From an uncultured candidate division Zixibacteria bacterium (GTDB lineage Bacteria > Zixibacteria > MSB-5A5 > UBA10806): 64,000 nt of DNA. Shown piece after piece: positions 20,541 to 30,655 of this stretch. Position 1 is the stretch's first letter. Every line of letters starts with the position of its first letter. Both the position numbers and the translations under genes were made by a program. The notes beneath the pieces were generated by a model. That model made no database searches. It saw nothing but the letters and a program-made list of their open reading frames with translations, and was not told the origin of the DNA. Location of the stretch: contig CAWFQL010000017.1 in the NCBI GenBank assembly GCA_963817915.1, forward strand, positions 96,001 through 160,000, in the 5' to 3' direction.

Positions 20541-21734
20541 GTGATAAAAAATGCTAAAAGTTTTGTATTTTCATTTCTGCTGACGACAACACTATTATAT
20601 GACATTTCATTTTGTGGAACTTCGAATTCCCTCGATCGCGAATTAAATTCAATATTAAAAAAAACTGAATCCTTTCTGGTGACGGTTAAAGGCGTGGGCG
20701 GTGCCCGAAATCTTGTGGCCACCGGGATTATATACGATAGCCTCGGCCATATTTTAACTTCGGCGTATATCTCCAATTCCCAGGGCTTTAAGGTTATTTT
20801 CAAGAACGGCAAATCTTATTCGGCCTCCAAAGTTGGATACGATATGCAATCGGGACTGGCGGTATTGAAAATCGATGGTTTAAAATTACCGGCGCCTAAG
20901 TGGGGTGACTCCGCGAAATTAGAAAGCAACGGATGGATAATCGTAATTGGTAATTCCTATAATATTCCATCATCTGTGAATTTTGGCAATTTTGTAGGAT
21001 TGACCGATGATGGCCTTTTGCAGTTATCTGTTAATGTCAATCCTGGTTCGTCAGGCGCCGCGGTATTGGATACCGAAGGGGAAATTGTCGGGATTCTGAT
21101 TGCCAGGGAAGCTTATGGCATACCATCGAAAGTATCATTGGCCCGAAGTCCCGGCCAGATAGGCGGGAACTCATTATTCGAAAATAGCAATCATTCTATG
21201 ACAGGCTATGCCATCCCCATAGATGTGGCTGGAAACATAGTAAATCAAATTATAGATTCTGGTCATGTCAGCCGTGGTTTTTTGGGTGTTGGACTCAGGA
21301 AATCAATAACTGCCTCGTCCTTAAAACTGGCGGATAAGCTGGGTCTGATTGTCGATGATGTCGCGCAATCATCGCCTGCGGAAAAAGCAGGTTTGGCCAA
21401 AGGGGATGTTATCCTGGCAATCGATAGCGTTTCCGCCTGCAATAGAGGATGCGTGTATAACCTGGTTCGTGCCCATTTGCCGGGGGATACGGTGAAAATC
21501 AGATACCGCCGAAATGGCGAAGAAAAAGTGGCAGATGCCATTCTCGCCGATGCCGATAGTCAGCCGCTATCGACCTCGCTGCGGCTAAATAGCGGTTTTC
21601 AGGACTCTACTTCTAGTCAAAAAAATGATCTTTCAGATAATTCCCTCGTTAAATCGAAAATAGACAGCCTTACCGCTGAAATGAGACAATTGCAGGATGA
21701 AATTGCCAATTTGAAAAGTAAAATAAGGCGATAG
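20541..21734 (+). CDS. HtrA/DegP-like trypsin-fold + PDZ protein with degenerate catalytic triad
   Basis: ILTSAY, SGLAVLKI, NPGSSGAA, GFLGV PDZ loop, C-terminal coiled coil. Confidence 0.85.
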   Translation: MIKNAKSFVFSFLLTTTLLYDISFCGTSNSLDRELNSILKKTESFLVTVKGVGGARNLVATGIIYDSLGHILTSAYISNSQGFKVIFKNGKSYSASKVGYDMQSGLAVLKIDGLKLPAPKWGDSAKLESNGWIIVIGNSYNIPSSVNFGNFVGLTDDGLLQLSVNVNPGSSGAAVLDTEGEIVGILIAREAYGIPSKVSLARSPGQIGGNSLFENSNHSMTGYAIPIDVAGNIVNQIIDSGHVSRGFLGVGLRKSITASSLKLADKLGLIVDDVAQSSPAEKAGLAKGDVILAIDSVSACNRGCVYNLVRAHLPGDTVKIRYRRNGEEKVADAILADADSQPLSTSLRLNSGFQDSTSSQKNDLSDNSLVKSKIDSLTAEMRQLQDEIANLKSKIRR

Positions 21735-21890
21735 CGCATTTGTCAAGCATTCTTGTCGTCGCAACCCCTTTTCGACTAATCATTTAGAAACATAAAATAT
21801 AATTTTATCTATCCCAAATAGTGGAACTGATAACGGGATGAGATTGTTGTCAATTGTATGATGGCGGTGTCTCAGTGTCAGTTTTTACGG

Positions 21891-21919
21891 TTGACTATCA
21901 ATTATTGTATAGCTATATT
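21891..21919 (+). promoter_or_regulatory. Sigma70-type promoter upstream of the pilin gene
   Basis: TTGACT-17 nt-TATATT. Confidence 0.5.
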
Positions 21920-22042
21920 CAATCGGGTATAGGGAAATTTCGATAGCTTAATTGGGCAAATACGGGAAGTTCTATAGAAAGCTGGTTGTAATGATAAATA
22001 GAATAACAAACAAATACCAAAAAATATAAAGGAGAATTAGTA

Positions 22043-22435
22043 ATGATCAGACAGCGCAGTGCAAAGGGCTTCACATTGGTTGAAGTTCTAGTCGTGGTAG
22101 TCATTTTGGCTATTTTGGCGGCAATTGCTATTCCGATTTACCTGAATTATGTCGAAAGCGCGCGCGCCAGCGAAGCGCAAGAGGCAATCGGTTCGATTAA
22201 AGCCGCTGCTCAAATATTCCAGTCACAAAATGGATCTTGGCCCACCAATGTAAGCCAACTTAAGCTCCAGCTATCTCAGCTAGTGATAGATAGATGGCAG
22301 TTTACTATTATCGCGGGCGGTCAGGGCATCCAATCGATAGTCGCTACTTCCAGAAATAAGATGCCGGGCGGCGCAGGTAAAGTCGTCACATACGATGCGG
22401 TTCAAGGAAAATGGAGAGGCTACGGCACCGATTGA
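22043..22435 (+). CDS. pilA: Type IVa major pilin
   Basis: Class III signal KG|FTLVEVLVVVVILAILAAIAIP with Glu5; AAGGAG RBS; first gene of the cluster. Confidence 0.85.
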   Translation: MIRQRSAKGFTLVEVLVVVVILAILAAIAIPIYLNYVESARASEAQEAIGSIKAAAQIFQSQNGSWPTNVSQLKLQLSQLVIDRWQFTIIAGGQGIQSIVATSRNKMPGGAGKVVTYDAVQGKWRGYGTD

Positions 22436-22465
22436 TTTTTAACTTTTTAATTGGACTAAACTAAA

Positions 22466-23554
22466 TTGGAAAATTTCGAGGCGGTAGGCGGCATAACCGC
22501 AACAGAAAAGTCGCTTTCTATAGAGGATCTTCTGCAATTTACAAAAGATCAGGGGGCTTCAGATCTTCATCTTTCAGAAGGATCAATACCGGTAATTCGT
22601 GTCGACGGCAGATTGCACAAGCTTGATCTTCCGGGATTGTCACGCGACGGTATTAAGGACCTGATTCTTAGCGCCTTGACTGATGAGCAAAGAAGACGTT
22701 TTGAGGCGGATTTTGAAGTCGATTTTGCCAAGGAAATAAACGATTCGACCAGATTTCGTTGCAATATTTATCGCCAGATTAACGGCATTTCCGGCGCATT
22801 CCGAACAATTCCAGCAGATATAAGATCATTTGAGGAGTTGGGCCTGCCTGATGTTCTCAAACGTTTATCATTGATGGAAAAAGGACTTGTGCTGCTTACA
22901 GGTCCTACCGGCTCGGGTAAAACTACCACTTTGGCGACAATGGTCGACTGGATCAATCAGCATAAGGAATGCCACGTAATCACGATTGAAGACCCGGTCG
23001 AATATTTCCACAAAAGCAAATTCAGCCTTATCAATCAACGCGAACTCGGTTCATCCACTAAATCATTCTCAAACGCGTTAAGAGCCGCGCTTCGTGAGGA
23101 CCCCGATGTAATATTGGTCGGTGAAATGCGCGATCTTGAAACAGTGTCGTTGGCGCTTACAGCGTCGGAGACAGGACACCTGGTGCTTTCGACCCTGCAC
23201 ACATCATCGGCGGTAAAATCGATAGATCGTATTATTGACATCTTTCCGGCTGAACAAAAATCGCAGGTTCGTTCGATGCTTTCCGAATCGCTGCAGGCAG
23301 TAGTCGCTCAGACATTATTGCCCAAAAAAGATGGCGGAAGAGTTGTTGGTCTTGAGATCATGATCGCTACAATCGCTGTCAGGAATCTGATTCGTGAAAA
23401 CAAGATTTACCAGATTCCATCGATTATTCAGGCCGGTGGTAAGATGGGTATGCAATCTCTGGATCAATCGTTGATGACGCTTGTTTCAGAGGGCAAGCTC
23501 GAACGTTCAGTTGCCGCACAACGCGCGGATAACCCCAAACTATTTATTGATTAG
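22466..23554 (+). CDS. pilT: Type IV pilus retraction ATPase
   Basis: ASDLHL, GPTGSGKT, TIEDPVE, LREDPD, TLHT, AVRNLIRE. Confidence 0.93.
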   Translation: MENFEAVGGITATEKSLSIEDLLQFTKDQGASDLHLSEGSIPVIRVDGRLHKLDLPGLSRDGIKDLILSALTDEQRRRFEADFEVDFAKEINDSTRFRCNIYRQINGISGAFRTIPADIRSFEELGLPDVLKRLSLMEKGLVLLTGPTGSGKTTTLATMVDWINQHKECHVITIEDPVEYFHKSKFSLINQRELGSSTKSFSNALRAALREDPDVILVGEMRDLETVSLALTASETGHLVLSTLHTSSAVKSIDRIIDIFPAEQKSQVRSMLSESLQAVVAQTLLPKKDGGRVVGLEIMIATIAVRNLIRENKIYQIPSIIQAGGKMGMQSLDQSLMTLVSEGKLERSVAAQRADNPKLFID

Positions 23555-23561
23555 GATTGGC

Positions 23562-24017
23562 TTGACGAATTTTCGGCTAAATAATCAAAACTTAAGTAAG
23601 AGAAACGGGTTTACCCTTGTTGAACTAATGGTTGCGATTACGATAATCATAATTTCCTCTGCCGCGGCCTATATAATGTTTGAACAGGGGAGTATTCTAA
23701 TAGAAGAGCAGTATCACCGCAGAATTGCGTTCGAAAAAGCTCAAGCATTCTACGAGGAAGTAAAGGCCTACAGGGAATCACATGGTGGCGCGTTTCCTCC
23801 GACTATGCCCGCCTACTTTGATGCAGCATTGGTGCCCGGTTCATCGGATGGCAGCAATGATGGCATAATTGCGAGATATACTGTTCAAATTGTCAGATCC
23901 CAAGTGTCGCACCCCTTATTTGGCGGAACCACTCTTTTTGCTGAGATTAGAATAAATTACAAGTGGGTGGAACACTCCGGAAGGGAATATTCGTACCAGT
24001 TCAATACGCCAATTTAA
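23562..24017 (+). CDS. Minor pilin (PilV-like)
   Basis: NG|FTLVELMV prepilin motif; start placed at TTG 23562. Confidence 0.75.
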   Translation: MTNFRLNNQNLSKRNGFTLVELMVAITIIIISSAAAYIMFEQGSILIEEQYHRRIAFEKAQAFYEEVKAYRESHGGAFPPTMPAYFDAALVPGSSDGSNDGIIARYTVQIVRSQVSHPLFGGTTLFAEIRINYKWVEHSGREYSYQFNTPI

Positions 24018-24032
24018 CACCCGATAAATAAT

Positions 24033-24638
24033 ATGAGAATGATATTTAGAAATTGTACAAAATCCTGGAATCGAGGCATGACGCTTATCGAAGTCATGGT
24101 GACGATGGTTATAAGCGCGGCGGTAGTCGGGGGTATGGGCCTGGCATTTTCCGAGGCAATGAGATATTGGGCGAGGGAATCACAAAAAATGCAGATATAT
24201 GAAGACGCATCTTTGTTTTTGTATAAACTGAATAAACAGATCCGCCGCGCGCAATTTGTGGCAATTTATCCTTTTGGCGGTCAGCAAAACGCCAGGCTCG
24301 TCCTGGATATGCCGGGCAATACGATAAGAACCCCTCTCTGGAGAGCGGATTATTATTATGTGGACGCTGAAGGAACAATAAGATACAACGGCAATGTCGA
24401 TGACAGGCCCTTTTACCATAAAAAGGTACTCCCTTTGTGGGATTTCCGCACGCAAGGCGGAAACGACACTACTTATTTTGATTTATACAAAGTTGAATTT
24501 ACATTCACGGAGGCGGGCAATTGGCCTTCCTCACCGGGCGGTCCGGCAATGGTAAAAACCGAGTTGTTCATGAGGTCGCCTTCAGGCGATACATTATACA
24601 TGTCGTCATTGAACGCCAGAAGAAATCGGGCTAATTGA
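24033..24638 (+). CDS. Minor pilin (PilW-like)
   Basis: RG|MTLIEVMV prepilin motif. Confidence 0.75.
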   Translation: MRMIFRNCTKSWNRGMTLIEVMVTMVISAAVVGGMGLAFSEAMRYWARESQKMQIYEDASLFLYKLNKQIRRAQFVAIYPFGGQQNARLVLDMPGNTIRTPLWRADYYYVDAEGTIRYNGNVDDRPFYHKKVLPLWDFRTQGGNDTTYFDLYKVEFTFTEAGNWPSSPGGPAMVKTELFMRSPSGDTLYMSSLNARRNRAN

Positions 24639-24673
24639 TTTTTTTCGATAAATTCGAATCTTAGGAGGCAATA

Positions 24674-26083
24674 ATGAAATTTAATAATTGTAAGGATGAA
24701 AAGGGCAGCGTGCTGGTTATGGCGGTAGTGCTGTCTTTCGGTATCATACTCTTAGGGCTTTCATTTTTGACTACGGTTGAAAGATTCGAAAAACGAATCA
24801 ATTTGGAAATTACCATGGAAAAGGCCGCCATAAATGCCAACATGGGGGCATTTGAAGGTCTGGCATTGCAGATTACCAAAAAGCTCAGTGCCCATTATAT
24901 CAGTCAGGAATTCCAGTGGCCCGGCTATAAAAATAATTCTTATAAATTTGAAATTCGCCCCCTGGGCAATTCGAATATAAGTTATGGTATTTCTCATGGA
25001 TTTATGATTACAGGTATAGGCAAATCGAAGGAATATGGCTGGGAAATCGAGGACACCGTACAAGTAAAATATAAATACGAATCTTACGCTGATTATTTAT
25101 ATATATCGAATTTCGAATACGATTCCCTACGACGGGTGGAAATCAATTTCTGGAGTCCGGATACCCTCGACGGCAAAGTACATTCCAATGACGTCATTCA
25201 TATTCAAGGCAGTCCGGTTTTCAAAGAATTGGTGACAAGCTGCTCTACCTATTTTGAACCGATTAATAATAACGCGATTTTTGATGTACCGCCTCAGCTC
25301 GGGGCTGGCCCCATAGATTTTCCGGAGCAGGCAGATGAGATACGTAAATTTTCATATTATCACAATTGGGGGACATTCGCGCCGGATTCTTTAGATTCAC
25401 TCACGGAACTAACTTTTAGCGGCCCCACTATATATCGCCGTTACTGCGGACCCGATACGCTTCATAGCGATTCCATTGTCTGTTACCCTCCCACAATTGC
25501 CGAGGCCCCGCAATTCGCGGTACCTCCGAATGGCGCCCAATTTATTTTCGGCAAGGTATGGGTAAAAGCTGATAGAGGAGGCGCGGATATTAACGATCCT
25601 TCATTTATGTCGCAGGGATTTGAGGGCAAATTGACGATCGCGGCCTCCGATACTATTATAATAGTAGATAATTTAGTTTATAAGCACGCAAGGCCGAACA
25701 GGTCTGTTCCCGCGCAGGATTCCTGCGAAGATGTTTTAGGCATAATAGGAGAGCATTATATTATGATGGGCAGAAGATGCCCGAGAACCTTATATGTTAA
25801 TGCCGCTCTGGCGGCTATTAACGGTTCGATATCGGTTCAAGACATTTATTGGAGATGGGCTCCCGGCTGGAATAATGAAAAGCAATCGTTGCAGATTTAC
25901 GGGTCGTTGGCTCAGAGGTACAGAGGAATAGTCCATACTACCGATTACCCGCCGGATAATCCGCCGCATTTGCGCGGTTTCATAGAGAAAGATTATCATT
26001 ACGATAAGAGATTTATCGAGAATCCTCCTCCATATTTTTTACCCACCAAGAAATACGCACTTATATTCATGGAGAGTTTGTAG
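24674..26083 (+). CDS. PilX-like minor pilin with large C-terminal (DUF4900-like) domain
   Basis: KG|SVLVM leader lacking Glu5; DGKVHSND and GF.KDYHYDKRF..PPPYF motifs. Confidence 0.7.
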   Translation: MKFNNCKDEKGSVLVMAVVLSFGIILLGLSFLTTVERFEKRINLEITMEKAAINANMGAFEGLALQITKKLSAHYISQEFQWPGYKNNSYKFEIRPLGNSNISYGISHGFMITGIGKSKEYGWEIEDTVQVKYKYESYADYLYISNFEYDSLRRVEINFWSPDTLDGKVHSNDVIHIQGSPVFKELVTSCSTYFEPINNNAIFDVPPQLGAGPIDFPEQADEIRKFSYYHNWGTFAPDSLDSLTELTFSGPTIYRRYCGPDTLHSDSIVCYPPTIAEAPQFAVPPNGAQFIFGKVWVKADRGGADINDPSFMSQGFEGKLTIAASDTIIIVDNLVYKHARPNRSVPAQDSCEDVLGIIGEHYIMMGRRCPRTLYVNAALAAINGSISVQDIYWRWAPGWNNEKQSLQIYGSLAQRYRGIVHTTDYPPDNPPHLRGFIEKDYHYDKRFIENPPPYFLPTKKYALIFMESL

Positions 26084-26284
26084 ATTCGATGAATTTTGGA
26101 ATTGATGGAAGTTTTTAATCAGGGTACTTTGAAAGATTGATTTGAAAGAGTTTTTGCCATCCTATCTGGGATTTCGCGATTTCGGATTTAACCTCAGCGA
26201 ACCCTCGCATACCCAGCTTTAAAATGGTGGATTTATTTTAAGGGCAAATAATAGTGAATTTTGTATTTATGAATAAGGAGTAAC

Positions 26285-27337
26285 ATGGCGAGATCATCTT
26301 TGGGCCTCGATATCGGCTCTTATTCTATTAAGTTGGTAGACATTGAAAATGACGAAGGTCGTTTCAAGCTTAAAAACTACGCTATTGTCGACCTCTATAA
26401 AGAGGATGAGGAGTTCGATCCCGAAGGTCCAAATTATAATCGTTTGGCTGCCGGAATAAGGGAAGCATTCAAACAAATGAAGCTCGTGCCTAAGCGGGTA
26501 AAGAATCTGAATTGCTCGCTCGGCGGAGCATCGACGGCAGTTAAGCAGATTCGTTCGATTCCATTGGGCGCTGAGGAATTGGAATCATCGCTGGCGTTTG
26601 AGGCCAGGAAACATCTTCCGATGGACGATACAGAGGCGATTCTGGATTTTCAGATTCTTGATGGAGGCGCCGAATCATCGTTCATGGATATTCTTCTTGT
26701 CGCCACCACCAAAAAAGCATTTGAGAACCAGATCAAGATACTCGGTGATATCGGGGTCAAGCCCAGGATTATCGATGCCGACAGCACATCGCTGGTCAAT
26801 TCATTTCTCTTGACCAAGGGCAAGCCGGCAGGCGAAGCAGCGTTGGTGTTCTTAAACATCGGGGCCAAATCAACCAACCTTACGATTTTTACCGACAAGA
26901 ACCTGCTATTTTCAAGAGATATCCCGATTGGCGGATTTAAAATGACCGAGGATATCAAGGCGATTTCGAAATTAAGCTATACGGAATCCGAAAATTTGAA
27001 AAAAAGCAAGGGAATGGGTGCATTTTTGGCGGCGGCCGATGGTGAGGGCGGGGGTATCAGGGTAGCTCGAAGAATGGCGCATGATAATTTGATCGATGAA
27101 GTACGACGTTCGCTCAGATATTATACGAAAGAGACGAGTGTCAGGGAATTTGACCGGATGCTATTCAGCGGCGGGGCCGCATTGACAGTCAATTTGAATT
27201 CCCAGCTCGCCCAGGCGCTTTCAATGACCGTAGAAATATATAATCCATTCGACCTTTTCACAGTGCCTCCGGGATTTACTGATTCAGTCGGGGCTCAACT
27301 GGCGATCGCATGCGGGTCGGCGCTGAGGGAGGAATAA
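26285..27337 (+). CDS. pilM: Type IV pilus assembly protein PilM
   Basis: LGLDIGSYSIK, NIGA, IGG, SGG, terminal A.G.ALR. Confidence 0.9.
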   Translation: MARSSLGLDIGSYSIKLVDIENDEGRFKLKNYAIVDLYKEDEEFDPEGPNYNRLAAGIREAFKQMKLVPKRVKNLNCSLGGASTAVKQIRSIPLGAEELESSLAFEARKHLPMDDTEAILDFQILDGGAESSFMDILLVATTKKAFENQIKILGDIGVKPRIIDADSTSLVNSFLLTKGKPAGEAALVFLNIGAKSTNLTIFTDKNLLFSRDIPIGGFKMTEDIKAISKLSYTESENLKKSKGMGAFLAAADGEGGGIRVARRMAHDNLIDEVRRSLRYYTKETSVREFDRMLFSGGAALTVNLNSQLAQALSMTVEIYNPFDLFTVPPGFTDSVGAQLAIACGSALREE

Positions 27338-27916
27338 ATGAAAGCCGCATATTATCGAATAAATCTGAATAAGGCATCCAATAGACTGGATCAGGCGGAT
27401 CAGGCGAGAAGAAAAAAGAGAATAGCGATCATTGCCTCGTTCTTTTTGTTGTTGATTATAGGAATGAGCGCGGTAGTCTATCGGACATATCTTACTCAGC
27501 AAGTAATCAAGGCCGACAAAGCTCAACTGCAGGAGATAGAAGACAAGATTGAAAAGCTGGAAGCGTCGAGCGACTATATATCTCCGGAGGACATTTATTT
27601 ATTAAATCAAGTCGCCCGCAATCGACGAATTTGGTCTGATAAGCTATCGATTTTAGATAAGGCGTTGCCAAAGGATGTGGCAATCACTGAAATGAACTTT
27701 GACGCGTCACTAAATACATTCGTTATTAAAGGCATTTCCAAAGTAAAGTTAGACATGAAGGATTTGGATCTTGTAGTTGGGATTATCGATCTGCTGAAAT
27801 CTCAGCAGGACTTCTACAAGGATTTTTCAGAAGTAAAATTCCAGATGTCGCAGAGAATTAAATACCATGAACAGGAAATGGTCAGATTTGAGATAGCCTG
27901 TTTGCTGAAGGCATGA
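27338..27916 (+). CDS. pilN: PilN alignment protein
   Basis: INL motif, TM helix, coiled coil, ALPKDVAI; follows pilM. Confidence 0.8.
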   Translation: MKAAYYRINLNKASNRLDQADQARRKKRIAIIASFFLLLIIGMSAVVYRTYLTQQVIKADKAQLQEIEDKIEKLEASSDYISPEDIYLLNQVARNRRIWSDKLSILDKALPKDVAITEMNFDASLNTFVIKGISKVKLDMKDLDLVVGIIDLLKSQQDFYKDFSEVKFQMSQRIKYHEQEMVRFEIACLLKA

Positions 27917-27929
27917 GGATGGATGAAAT

Positions 27930-28538
27930 ATGAAATCTAATTTAATTTTCTTAGCGATCTTATTAGTATTCCTCGGTGCCGGATACTTTTATTATGAAAA
28001 AGCAATAGTGCCTCAGCCCCAGGAAATGATCACTACCAAAGAGCAAATACAGGAAAAAAATAAGCAATTGCTGGCCGCCCAGATTCTGGCCGAAAAGCGT
28101 CCCGGTGTTACCAGCCTGATTAAAGGGAATTTGATTTCAAGTATGGCTGATTCCCTTGCCGAAAAGGCGTCCTTGCCGTTCCTGCGCTATATTACCGAGA
28201 CAATGGATAATCTTGATATCAGGCTCATATCTCTGATTCCCAAAGATATAGTCGGAATGGAAGATCCCAATTCATTTAAATTGAAAGAATTCATTGAGAT
28301 TCCATATGAGATGAAAGTACTTGCGAGTTACGAGGAATTGGGGAAATTCCTGGATATTCTGGAGAAATCGCCTCGTCTCATAAAGATTTCATCATTTACG
28401 GTAACAAACGACATAGAGCAAGGCGTAATCGCTGAAGAAGTCGCGGGAAAGCCAAGACAGCATACGGTTAATCTTCAGATAAACACAATAGCAATTTTGA
28501 AAGCGAGTTTTAGAAGTGAATCGGGAGAGCATAATTAA
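27930..28538 (+). CDS. pilO: PilO alignment protein
   Basis: TM helix, coiled coil, YEELGKFLDILEKSPRLI. Confidence 0.82.
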   Translation: MKSNLIFLAILLVFLGAGYFYYEKAIVPQPQEMITTKEQIQEKNKQLLAAQILAEKRPGVTSLIKGNLISSMADSLAEKASLPFLRYITETMDNLDIRLISLIPKDIVGMEDPNSFKLKEFIEIPYEMKVLASYEELGKFLDILEKSPRLIKISSFTVTNDIEQGVIAEEVAGKPRQHTVNLQINTIAILKASFRSESGEHN

Positions 28539-29071
28539 GGCATTGGCTGCCCTGGCGGCAGCCGCGCTGGTACTTTTTATCGGATTTGCCCTGATCAAAG
28601 TCTATTTGTTAAATCCCACGGATGGACAAGTTTCTGAAGAGCCACAGGCGGCTACATTGGATGCCAACGCGACTTTGAAGAGCACCATAGATTCCCTTGA
28701 ATTATTCTGGGAAAACCGGCAGGCTTATGTTTTTAGCGTTATCGATGATCCGTTGTATCTTCCTCGAGTGATAAAAGATTACACTTTGGTTTCAGGCACC
28801 AAGCAGGAAGCCGAGGAAGAAGAGAATATCAGGTTGACTGCGACAGTGGTTGATTCCAATCCCAAGGCGATTATCAAATATAATGGCAAAAGCTATGTGG
28901 TTAGAGTCGGCGATTGGCTCGGCAATGTTTACAAAGTAGAAAGTATTGAAAAGAAACAGGTGGTGCTTGGATCATGGAGGCAATAAAAAAATCCTGATGA
29001 ACAAGCCACTTCAAAATGAAGGTTCTGATTATTCCACTAATGGTGATGACCCCGGGTTATCCAATTATTAG
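28516..29071 (+). CDS. PilP/GspC-like protein; C-terminus shifted by an extra base near 28968
   Basis: N-terminal TM, DPL, AII...YVVRVGD...V..I; the annotated frame stops at 28986 but the +1 frame continues DHGGNKKIL...SNY* to 29071. Confidence 0.6.
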
Positions 29072-29110
29072 CTGGGCGGATTTTCCTATATGAATATTAA
29101 GGAGGATATT

Positions 29111-30611
29111 TTGGTCAAAACATCTATGAGGGGATTGATCACGGGTATTGCAATAGCATGGTTGTTGTTAGGAATTCCAGTCTGGGGCCAGTCTACAACC
29201 GAGAACGCATCAATACCACAAGCGCTACAAATAGGTCTTGCAAAGACAGTCACATTAGATGCCGATGATGCATTCTTGCCGTCAATTTTAACAATTTTGG
29301 CGGAAAAATCTGGATTTAATATTGTTACGGGTCCCGGAGTAAATACTAAAGAACGTATATCAGTCCATATTAAAGAGACCCCCATAGAAGAAGCAATAAA
29401 CCTTGTAGTTCGCGCAGCGGGACTTTCATATGAAATCGTAGGGAATTCATTCCTGGTAGCCGAACCTAATGCCCTTGAACAGGAAATCGGTCTTTCGGCG
29501 CATATTATAGATTTACAGTGGGCCAAGGCCGGCGAGGTTAAGGATATTCTCAAGGATTTATCCGAGAAAATTCAAGTCGATACCTCAGGAAATAAGGTAG
29601 TTGTGTTAGCCAGCCCCAGGGTTTTTGCGGAAATAAAGGAAATAGTCAAGCGAATCGATATCCCGGCAAAGCAGATCATGTTAGAAGCTCGGTTGATCGA
29701 AGTAGCCACCGACAATCTCGATCAATACGGTATCGACTGGGAAAAGTTATCCAAAATTACAACGATCCTTGCAGAGTCTCCTTTGAATTCCGATGGTTCA
29801 TCGAGAGCGCCGGTAGAGAACGATCTCGGCGGCAATTATCCTTATCTCGATCAACTTACCCGAAAGATTTAAATTTGAAAAGATTGAAGGATTCGATAAC
29901 GTATTCAATTTTTCAAGGCAGTTAAAAGCATTCGATATTACATTGGATTTCTTGCTCAAGAGAAATAAGGCCAAGGTGCTGGCCCATACACAATTGACAA
30001 CTCTGAATAACCGCGAGGCGTCGATTCTCATAGGAGAGACATTGCATTGGGCCGTAAGTTCACAGCTTAACGCAATTGTCGTGACAGATTCGACAGGTAT
30101 AAAGCTCAGAATAACCCCGACCATTAATTCCGATGGCTATATTACGACAACGGTACAACCGGAAGTATCATCGATCAATGAATTGGTACAGGGGTTGTAT
30201 CCAAGGAAGAAAATTAGAACAGCGTCGACTACGGTTCAGGTAAAAGACGGCCAGAAAATATTTATCGGCGGATTGCTCTCTGTTGAAGATGCGCAAGTAA
30301 CCTTCAAGATGCCGTTGCTGGCCAACATTCCTCTAATAGGAAAATTATTTACTCATCAATATATTTCTACCAAAAAGACGGATTTATTGATCGAAATTAC
30401 TCCTCGCATCGTAAGGGAAAGCACAAGCTATTCCGATGCCAGTAATTTAACGAGCCAGGGACAAAGGATTTTTGATGAAGGTCAGATTTCCGATTTCTCA
30501 AAATTAGATCCGGACTTGAAATCATTTGATAATGTCAAGTCTGATATCGAATCGTTAAAAAGAGATCAACAAAGGGTCACGACACCATATGATGAGAAAC
30601 AGAATAAATAA
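29111..30611 (+). pseudogene. pilQ: Secretin PilQ/GspD, split by a +1 frameshift near 29858 (may be an assembly error)
   Basis: STN/N3 domains and DIPAKQIMLEARLIEV in 29111-29872; secretin core GIKLRITPTI, IGGLL, PLLANIPLIGKLF, ITPRIV in 29943-30611; the frames join as DQL/PERFKFEK...ITLDFL. Confidence 0.85.
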
Positions 30612-30655
30612 GGTTGTTTGGTTTGAAGCCGGGCTACCTTTTAAAGGAGGAAATT

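Noticed and set aside
24644..24651. Further CGATAA boxes (24644, 54849, 61322, 63666) as sigma28 promoters
   Set aside because: No convincing TAAA-like -35 element at 15-nt spacing
26084..26284. Riboswitch (e.g. c-di-GMP) in the 200-bp gap before pilM
   Set aside because: Only a weak ctggg/cccag pairing; no aptamer consensus or terminator seen
29850..29872. Programmed ribosomal frameshift in pilQ
   Set aside because: No slippery heptamer or stimulatory structure, and similar indels occur in unrelated genes
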